Positions 20,163 through 27,908 of a DNA stretch of 64,000 nt are shown piece after piece. The DNA is taken from positions 32,001 to 96,000 of IMG/VR virus record IMGVR_UViG_3300031857_011362. One strand, given 5' to 3'. Made by a program: the position numbers and the translations under genes. The notes under the pieces are model-generated. The model did not search any database. It had not been told where the DNA came from and saw only the letters and a list, made by a program, of their open reading frames with translations. Source of the DNA: a virus. The number at the start of each line of letters is the position of its first letter. Position 1 is the first letter of the stretch.

Positions 20163-21341
20163 ATGGCTGAAACAAATACAAAAGGCGTACTGACAGTAGG
20201 AGAAGTTTACGAACGGCAGACTGCTGGAGTGTGGCCAACTGAGCGGCATAATAATTATGTTAATCTGGCGATACGTACAGCTGGCCTTGCCACCAACGGC
20301 CAGCTTGGTAATGATAGTCGTATTGGACGCAGTAGCCCGGTACAAGTTGGTGAGCACGCCGACTGGAGTACTACCTCTGGTGGCACATACTTCACTACTG
20401 CAATCAAAACAAATGGAACACTATGGGCATGGGGATTTAATAATGTTGGCCAGCTAGGATTAGGTGATGCTGGTATTGGTATTAACAGATCCAGCCCAGT
20501 ACAAGTTGGTGCATTAACTAATTGGTCAAAGATTAGTGGAGGTGATGCGCACATTGCGGCCATCAAAACAGGCGGAACATTGTGGACATGGGGAAGCAAT
20601 ACAAATGGCGGCCTTGGCTTGGGTGACACTACTAGTAGATCCAGTCCGGTGCAAGTCGGTGCATTGACTACTTGGAAACAAGTAAGTGTATCTTTTTATA
20701 ATCATTTATATGCTGTTAAAACAGACGGCACCCTATGGAGCTGTGGAAATAACAGCTTCGGCCAGCTAGGACTAGGTGATACTCTTAGCCGATCCAGCCC
20801 GGTGCAAGTCGGAACATTAACTACCTGGAGTACTGTAGCTGCCTGCGGTTACCACGGAATTATGGTAAAGACAGATGGTACCCTTTGGACCTGCGGCTAC
20901 AATTTTCAAGGTCGGCTCGGCCTAGGTGATACTCTTAGCCGATCCAGCCCAGTGCAAGTTGGCTTATTAACTAATTGGAAATCTGCCACAGCATCGTTGA
21001 GCAGTAGCACTACACTTAAAACAGATGGTACTATTTGGGCTTGGGGCAGTAACAGCAATGGCCAGCTAGGACTAGGTGATACTCTTAGCCGATCCAGCCC
21101 AGTGCAAGTCGGCGCATTAACTACTTGGAAATCTATTGCTGCAGGTGGCGGAGGTCATGTAAGCGCAACTAGAATAACTACTGATACTCTATGGAACTGG
21201 GGAAATAACAACTATGGTCAACTAGGCTTAGGTGACACTGTTAGCCGATCTAGTCCGGTTCAAGTAAGTTCAATCACGCTTCGGACGATCTCAATTGGCG
21301 AACCGTCTGGATATTATCACATGTTAGCAATCATCGAATAA
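20163..21341 (+). CDS. RCC1 repeat beta-propeller protein with N-terminal GVWP tag
   Basis: Seven RCC1 repeats; KGVLTVGEVYERQTAGVWPT. Confidence 0.9.
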   Translation: MAETNTKGVLTVGEVYERQTAGVWPTERHNNYVNLAIRTAGLATNGQLGNDSRIGRSSPVQVGEHADWSTTSGGTYFTTAIKTNGTLWAWGFNNVGQLGLGDAGIGINRSSPVQVGALTNWSKISGGDAHIAAIKTGGTLWTWGSNTNGGLGLGDTTSRSSPVQVGALTTWKQVSVSFYNHLYAVKTDGTLWSCGNNSFGQLGLGDTLSRSSPVQVGTLTTWSTVAACGYHGIMVKTDGTLWTCGYNFQGRLGLGDTLSRSSPVQVGLLTNWKSATASLSSSTTLKTDGTIWAWGSNSNGQLGLGDTLSRSSPVQVGALTTWKSIAAGGGGHVSATRITTDTLWNWGNNNYGQLGLGDTVSRSSPVQVSSITLRTISIGEPSGYYHMLAIIE

Positions 21342-21407
21342 ACTATTTCTAAATAACTCAGCACAAAGAATAAATACATAACAGCATTTTACATAAAGGA
21401 AAACAAA

Positions 21408-21794
21408 ATGGCACTATTCGTACAAGTAATCAACGGTGAAGTCAAACAAGTCTGGGACTCTACTCCACCAGCCGGCGAAGCAGGCTGGGCAGATGCAGTA
21501 GAAGTTCGTTCACCTATTCAACCCGGGCGTCAGGGCTACCTAGCACATCGTTTTGATTTGACAACTACACCAATTCAAATCATCTGGGATACATATGATA
21601 TTTCGGTTGAGGATCGCAAAAATGACATGTCTGCTAATGCAGGTTTCGTGTTCCAGCAAGTTCTACAAGAACAAGCCCGCGATCCAGCATCTTACAATGC
21701 AGAGCAAGTTGAAGCAGCAAGAGAAGTAATGGTTGCTAAACAAGCGGCAATTGCAGCAACTACTACACATGACGAGCTAGACGCACTGGTTTGA
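21408..21794 (+). CDS. Small fibre-associated hypothetical protein
   Basis: TAAATA and SD AAGGAAA upstream; acidic helical C-terminus ending AATTHDELDALV. Confidence 0.6.
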   Translation: MALFVQVINGEVKQVWDSTPPAGEAGWADAVEVRSPIQPGRQGYLAHRFDLTTTPIQIIWDTYDISVEDRKNDMSANAGFVFQQVLQEQARDPASYNAEQVEAAREVMVAKQAAIAATTTHDELDALV

Positions 21795-22573
21795 TGATTT
21801 ATTTCTTAAGTGGCTTGCCACGATCGGGTTCAACATTGTTAGGCTCAATATTGAATCAAAATCCAGATGTTTATGTTTCACCAACAAGTCCTTTATTGGA
21901 CTTGTTGTGCCTACAGAATGAAGCATTAAACCGTGTCAAAGAGCAGTATACATTTGATGAAGATAAACAATCTGAATCAATTTACAAAGCATTGCCCCAG
22001 GCTTTCTATCAGCATATAAACAAACCACATATCATTGACAAGCACAGAGCTTGGGCAAGAAATGTGTTGCCAGCACAAATGCATATCAATAGTGACCCCA
22101 AAGTCATTTGCACATATCGTCCTGTTGCTGAAGTTGTAGTTAGTTTTTTAAAACTAATCAACAAAGACCCCAACAACTTTGTTGACGCTGAGTTACGAAA
22201 AAAAAGCATTGCTATTACTACCGAGAATCGTGCTAGAGAGTTATGGGAAGGCTATATCAGTGACCCGTGGCAAAGTATACAGATAGGATTGCAAAACTAT
22301 AAAAATAACTTATATTTTGTGTCATATGATGATTTAGTCAATAAACCTGAGACCACTATTGCAAGTGTATATAACTTTCTCGGTATTGATCAATACCAGC
22401 ATGTGTTTGATAGTATCAGCAATAGTTGCGGTGAATCAAAAGACGCAGCATGGGGACTCAAAGACCTACATACAATTAGACCTAAGCTAGCTAAGACTAG
22501 TGATGATCCTGTAACTGTGTTAGGTGAGAATTTGTGTAAATACTTTAATCAATTTGATATTAAACGAGTATAA
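21794..22573 (+). CDS. Sulfotransferase family protein
   Basis: SGLPRSGST, IIDKHRAW, YDDLV motifs; paralog of the 18333 N-terminal domain; ATG overlaps the upstream TGA. Confidence 0.85.
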   Translation: MIYFLSGLPRSGSTLLGSILNQNPDVYVSPTSPLLDLLCLQNEALNRVKEQYTFDEDKQSESIYKALPQAFYQHINKPHIIDKHRAWARNVLPAQMHINSDPKVICTYRPVAEVVVSFLKLINKDPNNFVDAELRKKSIAITTENRARELWEGYISDPWQSIQIGLQNYKNNLYFVSYDDLVNKPETTIASVYNFLGIDQYQHVFDSISNSCGESKDAAWGLKDLHTIRPKLAKTSDDPVTVLGENLCKYFNQFDIKRV

Positions 22574-22576
22574 CAC

Positions 22577-23707
22577 ATGACTAACAAGACCGCCCTGACA
22601 TTAACTCAAGCATACAATAAGCAATTAAGCGGCACTTGGCCTACTCAATGGTATATACCCATTGGATTATATAGTTGGGGATTTAATGGTAATGGTAACT
22701 TAGGTTTAGGCAATACTACAAATTATTCTAGTCCAAAACAGATTGGTGCATTAACTACTTGGTCAAAAATTGCTGCAGGTTATGATCACAACATAGCCGT
22801 AAAAACAGATGGTACGATGTGGTCATGGGGGCAAAATTTCTATGGCGCCTTGGGTTTAGGTAATACTACAAATAGATCTAGTCCAGTACAGGTTGGTGCA
22901 TTAACCACTTGGTCAAGTATTGTTGCCAACAGTTTTAATGGCAGCATAGCTATTAAAACAGATGGTACTATATGGTCTTGGGGTTACAATAATAATGGTG
23001 AATTAGGTTTAGGCAATACTACAGATAGATCCAGCCCAGTACAAATTGGAGCATTAAGTACTTGGTCAAGTATTTCTGGAGGTAGATTTCGCAGCCATGC
23101 AATTAAAACAGATGGTACACTGTGGTCATGGGGATCTAATAACCATGGTCGCTTGGGGTTAGGTAATACTACAAATTATTCTAGTCCAAAACAAATAGGT
23201 GCATTAACTACTTGGTTAAGTATTTCTGCAGGTAATTATCATAGCATAGCCATCAAAACCGATGGTACACTGTGGACGTGGGGGCAAAATAGCTATGGCC
23301 AATTAGGTCAAGGTGATACTACATCTAGATCCAGTCCAGTACAGATTGGTGCATTAACTACTTGGTTAAAGATTGCTGGAGGTATTTATCACAGCATGGC
23401 CATTAAAACAGATGGTACACTATGGACATGGGGCCAAAACAGTCATGGTCAATTAGGTTTAAGTGATACTATACGTAGATCCAGCCCAGTACAAATTGGT
23501 GCATTGACTAATTGGTTAAATATTGCTGCTGCATATCACAGCATGGCCATTAAAACAGATGGTACCATGTGGTCATGGGGATTGAATCAAGATGGCCAGC
23601 TTGGGGTAGGAGATACTACAGCTAAATCTAGTCCAGTACAAGTTGGTGCATTAACTAATTGGTTAAATGTTTCTGCAGGTAATAATCACAGCCTGGCCAT
23701 CGGTTAA
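22577..23707 (+). CDS. RCC1 repeat beta-propeller protein with GTWPTQWY tag
   Basis: Seven RCC1 repeats; tag shared at DNA level with 16732. Confidence 0.9.
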   Translation: MTNKTALTLTQAYNKQLSGTWPTQWYIPIGLYSWGFNGNGNLGLGNTTNYSSPKQIGALTTWSKIAAGYDHNIAVKTDGTMWSWGQNFYGALGLGNTTNRSSPVQVGALTTWSSIVANSFNGSIAIKTDGTIWSWGYNNNGELGLGNTTDRSSPVQIGALSTWSSISGGRFRSHAIKTDGTLWSWGSNNHGRLGLGNTTNYSSPKQIGALTTWLSISAGNYHSIAIKTDGTLWTWGQNSYGQLGQGDTTSRSSPVQIGALTTWLKIAGGIYHSMAIKTDGTLWTWGQNSHGQLGLSDTIRRSSPVQIGALTNWLNIAAAYHSMAIKTDGTMWSWGLNQDGQLGVGDTTAKSSPVQVGALTNWLNVSAGNNHSLAIG

Positions 23708-23817
23708 TTAAAAAGAAGAACAAAAAACATAGAATTTGTAGGAATAACTATATGGTTAATAGTTATATATCTAATAGATACAATTTATTGGTGATCCGTT
23801 CATGAAATATTTCACAC

Positions 23818-23845
23818 TATCAAGTATCTTAGTAAATACTTGATA
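23818..23845 (+). promoter_or_regulatory. 9-bp inverted repeat TATCAAGTA-N10-TACTTGATA overlapping TAAATA
   Basis: Direct reading; immediately precedes ATG 23846. Confidence 0.65.
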
Positions 23846-24412
23846 ATGAAATTAAACTTAGGCTGTGGGTACAACAAGTTGCCCGGATATATCAATGTAG
23901 ATCACGACCCTATTTGTAAACCAGATGTGGTCGCTGATTTAGAAGCAACATTACCTTTCGAAGACAACACGATAGATGAGATTGTGCTTCACCATGTGCT
24001 AGAACATCTGGGACAGACAACCGAAACATACTTCAGTGTTTGGCGCGAGTTCTATAGAATTCTAAAAGATCAAGGTGTTATCAAAATCACCGTGCCGCAT
24101 TGGCAGCACGATAATTTCCATCACGACCCCACCCATGTACGCAAAGTAACACCCGTTGGGGTAGACATGTTTAGTCAGTCACGCAACATGAACACAATAA
24201 AAACTGGTGGCAATGAAACTACACTGGGCTTACAACTTAACATTGATATTGGGGTGACTGATGTGGGCTATGACATTGTGCCTGAATTCCAACAACAGAT
24301 CGAAAGTCAGCCAAAAAACTTCTTAGAAAATGCTATGGCAACATATAACAATGTATGTTATCAGATACAGATTCATGCAAAGGCACACAAGCCAGCTAGG
24401 AGCACCTTATGA
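23846..24412 (+). CDS. Class I SAM-dependent methyltransferase (Methyltransf_11-like)
   Basis: KLNLGCG..YINVD..DL..LPF..HVLEHL..RILK..G. Confidence 0.85.
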   Translation: MKLNLGCGYNKLPGYINVDHDPICKPDVVADLEATLPFEDNTIDEIVLHHVLEHLGQTTETYFSVWREFYRILKDQGVIKITVPHWQHDNFHHDPTHVRKVTPVGVDMFSQSRNMNTIKTGGNETTLGLQLNIDIGVTDVGYDIVPEFQQQIESQPKNFLENAMATYNNVCYQIQIHAKAHKPARSTL

Positions 24413-25038
24413 TTTTTGATAAAAAAATCATCATCATTGATGACTTCTACCCTGATCCTTACTCAGTGCGACAAACTGCATTGAATGCAGAGTACGAAGA
24501 TGTACCGGGAATTAAGAACTATCCCGGTAATAATACAACAAAATCATTCTGGAGTGATGAATTAACTAGACTTGTATGCAATGCTACTGGGGAGAATATA
24601 GAACCAGAACCCACATCAAGCTGTGGTCATTTTAGATATACACCTGCTACTGCAACCTCTAGACAAATCATTCACTTTGATCCTAAGCCAACTCAATGTT
24701 GGGCGGGAGTAGCATATCTAAGTTTGCCCGAACACTGTATCCCTGACGCTGGAACTAAGATATACTCACACAAGCGTACTGGCATGAGCACCGCACCCAA
24801 AGATCACATAGAAGCAAGTATCATTGGTGTTCGTACTGTAGAAGATATGAAAACTTTCTTTGAAACAGAGGGGTTAGATGAATCACTATGGCAAACAGAA
24901 CTAAATGTAGAAATCAAATTCAACAGATTAGTATTGTTCAGACCCTGGTTATGGCATGGAATATCTAAACATTTTGGCACAGACCTTACCAACAGCAGAT
25001 TAACTCAACTAATATTCTTACAACCTAAAGGACAATAA
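24409..25038 (+). CDS. DUF6445-like protein (2OG-Fe(II) oxygenase fold)
   Basis: IIIDDFYPDP..R..AL..YPG; HFD and FNRLVLF..WHG..RLTQLIF motifs. Confidence 0.7.
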   Translation: MIFDKKIIIIDDFYPDPYSVRQTALNAEYEDVPGIKNYPGNNTTKSFWSDELTRLVCNATGENIEPEPTSSCGHFRYTPATATSRQIIHFDPKPTQCWAGVAYLSLPEHCIPDAGTKIYSHKRTGMSTAPKDHIEASIIGVRTVEDMKTFFETEGLDESLWQTELNVEIKFNRLVLFRPWLWHGISKHFGTDLTNSRLTQLIFLQPKGQ

Positions 25039-25040
25039 AC

Positions 25041-25892
25041 ATGAAAAAAATTCTCATCATGGGCTTACCAGGCTCAGGTAAAACATTTCTAGCAACAGCA
25101 CTTAAAAAGTATTTGGAAGAAAACTCCAACATACAAACGATGCCAATTGAGCGTATGCTACATTTAGAATTGCCACCTATCTCGTATACTAGCAAAGTTG
25201 ACTGGTTCAACGCAGACGAGATTCGAAAACGATTCAATGACTGGGACTTTAGTCGTGAAGGACGCATTAGACAGAGTTTGCGCATGGCAGAGTTTGCATT
25301 GAAGTCAACTGGTGACTTTGTTATCTGTGACTTTGTTGCACCACTAGTAGAGATGCGTAATAACTTCAAAGCAGACTGGACTATCTGGATGGATACTATT
25401 GATGCTGGAAGATTCGATGATACTAACAAAGCATTTGTTCCACCAGAAGTATATGACTTTAGAGTAACAGAACAGAATGCAGACAAGTGGGCAGAGTTTA
25501 TCGGCAATCATATTTTAGAAAATCGTCGGAGACCTGTGTTTGATTGGCAAAAAGAAACAGTGCAACAACTTGGCCGGTGGCAACCTTGGCACCCGGGACA
25601 CCGTGCATTATTTGACAGATTGATTCAACGCACTGGTCAAGTTGTGATTCAAATTAGAGATTGTCAGGGATGGCAAGGAAGCAATCCATTTGCAATCGAT
25701 CAAGTTAAAAATGCAATTCGCAGAGACTTAGATCCGGTGTATCAGGGTCAATACGAGATTCAAGTCGTGCCTAATATCACGCACATTGGATGGGGTCGTG
25801 GTGTTGGGTATACCTCAGGTGAAGAAACATTTGACGAATCTATCACTAGTATCTCGGGTACACAAATTCGTAAGGAAATGGGCCTTGGTTGA
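25041..25892 (+). CDS. cysC: Adenylylsulfate kinase fused to a HIGH-family nucleotidyltransferase (putative compact PAPS synthase)
   Basis: GLPGSGKT P-loop, NADEIRK..DF..R.RQ..RM..VICDFVAP APS-kinase pattern; C-terminal GRWQPWHPGH and SISGTQIR. Confidence 0.75.
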   Translation: MKKILIMGLPGSGKTFLATALKKYLEENSNIQTMPIERMLHLELPPISYTSKVDWFNADEIRKRFNDWDFSREGRIRQSLRMAEFALKSTGDFVICDFVAPLVEMRNNFKADWTIWMDTIDAGRFDDTNKAFVPPEVYDFRVTEQNADKWAEFIGNHILENRRRPVFDWQKETVQQLGRWQPWHPGHRALFDRLIQRTGQVVIQIRDCQGWQGSNPFAIDQVKNAIRRDLDPVYQGQYEIQVVPNITHIGWGRGVGYTSGEETFDESITSISGTQIRKEMGLG

Positions 25893-26088
25893 AACCGGAA
25901 CACGAAGTTTAGTCAAAACAATAAGCTGGCGGATAACCGGTTCTGGCGCGACATTTCTAGTTGCGTGGTTGATTTCTGGAAACCTAGCAGTATCCACTTC
26001 CATTGCAATAGTACAATTAACAATTAACACGATATTGTATTACTTTCACGAACGAATTTGGAACAGAGTATCTTGGGGCAAAGAGTAA
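25885..26088 (+). CDS. DUF2061-like small membrane protein
   Basis: ETxxRSLVKTISWRITG..LYYFHERIW; probable TTG start overlapping the cysC stop. Confidence 0.75.
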   Translation: MVETGTRSLVKTISWRITGSGATFLVAWLISGNLAVSTSIAIVQLTINTILYYFHERIWNRVSWGKE

Positions 26089-26093
26089 ACATA

Positions 26094-26810
26094 ATGGATA
26101 ATACACTTAATTTATTTTATTCACGTAACTGTGAAGTAGAACGTGCATACATCATTACTGTAAAAGGTAATGAGTCATCTGAGAAATATTCAGAACGATG
26201 CCAGAAAAGTTGCACTCAAGTGGGTATGAAATATCAAGTCTGGGACGCATTTGATGGCACTAAAGGCCCAATTACTACACCGGCGCAGTGCGAGAACGAT
26301 TCGTTCATGCGTATGCTGAAAGTAACGGATCATTATCTCACTAGGGGTGAAGTTGCTTGTGCATTGAGTCACATTAGTCTCTGGGCGCATTGTGTGAAGA
26401 TAGATCGTCCCATTGTTATTTTAGAGCATGACAGTATTGTTGTGAAAAAATTCGAAATGATGAGCACCTACAACTCTGTAGTATATCTAGGCGGCAGCGA
26501 ATGGGCTGAACAGGGTTGGAATATGTATCCTATCCCCCCACATGCTAGCGAAGGTCCTAATTATTTGTTCATTTGCCGTGCCCATGCATACGCAATTGAC
26601 CCGGTGGTTGCTAAGAATCTACTAAGTCATGTATTAAAGATGGGAATCTGTGCTCCATTAGATATTATTATGAAAGCTGACTTGTTTAACATATCGCATC
26701 AGGGTTTGTTTGCCTATGACAAGAATATTGATCTAGTGAATGATACTACTATTAAGTCACGCCCCAAAGCTGGCAGAACAACTGACCGCAACGATAACCT
26801 AACAACATAA
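26094..26810 (+). CDS. Glycosyltransferase family 25-like protein
   Basis: GEVACALSHISLW..IVILEHD..AHAYAI. Confidence 0.75.
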   Translation: MDNTLNLFYSRNCEVERAYIITVKGNESSEKYSERCQKSCTQVGMKYQVWDAFDGTKGPITTPAQCENDSFMRMLKVTDHYLTRGEVACALSHISLWAHCVKIDRPIVILEHDSIVVKKFEMMSTYNSVVYLGGSEWAEQGWNMYPIPPHASEGPNYLFICRAHAYAIDPVVAKNLLSHVLKMGICAPLDIIMKADLFNISHQGLFAYDKNIDLVNDTTIKSRPKAGRTTDRNDNLTT

Positions 26811-26811
26811 T

Positions 26812-27417
26812 ATGTACAAATTCAGCATGGATTTTAACATGGGCAAGGGTGCGATGCAAAACATCAGTAATCTTGTCGGCATCTACGGTGTACCACACAC
26901 TATCATTGAAGTTGGTGTGTTCGAGGGTGGCACTACGTTCTGGATCAGTGAGCAACTTGCTAAAACTAGTGCAACATCACAGATTTATGCCATTGATCCG
27001 CATGTGGGCAGCAATGACATGAGTGAAGATTTTGCAGTAATCAAGCAGAACTTTGAATATAACTTGTCAGTTCACCCAGCTAAAAATGTAACTTACATTC
27101 AAAAGCACAGCAAGAATGGACTGATTGACCTGATCAATTTGGGTGTCCGTGCTGAGTTAATCTACATCGACGGTGACCACAAAGCTGCTGAAGTATTAAC
27201 CGATCTTGTGCTAGCATGGGAACTACTTAAAGTAGGTGGCATCATGCTATGTGACGATACTACGACATGGAAGTACAAAGACGCTAATGGAACGCAATCT
27301 GCACAAATGAGTCCTAGACTTGCAGTTGAAACCTTTATACAATGCAATTGGCACAAGCTAAATGTGTTGAGTCTCCCAGACGGCGCACAAACTGCGTTTA
27401 TTAAAATTCAAGAATAG
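26812..27417 (+). CDS. Class I SAM methyltransferase (Methyltransf_24-like)
   Basis: IEVGVFEGGTT..AIDPH..LIYIDGDH..GGIMLCDD. Confidence 0.85.
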   Translation: MYKFSMDFNMGKGAMQNISNLVGIYGVPHTIIEVGVFEGGTTFWISEQLAKTSATSQIYAIDPHVGSNDMSEDFAVIKQNFEYNLSVHPAKNVTYIQKHSKNGLIDLINLGVRAELIYIDGDHKAAEVLTDLVLAWELLKVGGIMLCDDTTTWKYKDANGTQSAQMSPRLAVETFIQCNWHKLNVLSLPDGAQTAFIKIQE

Positions 27418-27462
27418 TCAGTAATTCTTAGTCATAATATCTATCTGATAAGTATAGTTGTA

Positions 27463-27897
27463 ATGAATGTATTCCAATTGAATTATGATACCAGGCTCAG
27501 CGACTGGTATAAGTTAAGGTCAAAACTAGAACATAGTGATACTAAAACCAAATGTGTGGAAATTGATAACTGGTGGCAAAAAGCTCCATTAGTTAATCAC
27601 CACCTACATATTTTGGACAGTGAGAATTGGCCCGGCCCCTGGGATCTTTTGGTAGAAAATACCTACTGTATGGTTGCAAGAGCATTAGGAATGTGTTATA
27701 CTTTACTTCTGACTGGAGTACAGGATATAGATTTGGTAGAAGCAACAGACATGCAGGGTGAAGATATGGTATTAGTCCTGGTCGATAGTGCAAAGTATGT
27801 ACTTAATTACTGGCCCGATACTGTAGTAAATAACAGTTCAAACGACTTTACAATTAAACGGCACATCGATGTGTCACCAATAAAATTAAAATTATAA
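27463..27897 (+). CDS. Hypothetical protein
   Basis: 144-aa ORF with TAAGTA late-like box upstream; no motif recognised. Confidence 0.6.
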   Translation: MNVFQLNYDTRLSDWYKLRSKLEHSDTKTKCVEIDNWWQKAPLVNHHLHILDSENWPGPWDLLVENTYCMVARALGMCYTLLLTGVQDIDLVEATDMQGEDMVLVLVDSAKYVLNYWPDTVVNNSSNDFTIKRHIDVSPIKLKL

Positions 27898-27908
27898 TAG
27901 GCAAAAAT

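Noticed and set aside
1-23707. Giant eukaryotic virus origin because of RCC1 expansion
   Set aside because: SD motifs, sigma70 promoters, coupled operons, PAAR, SleB hydrolase and bacterial-type tRNAs point to a bacteriophage.
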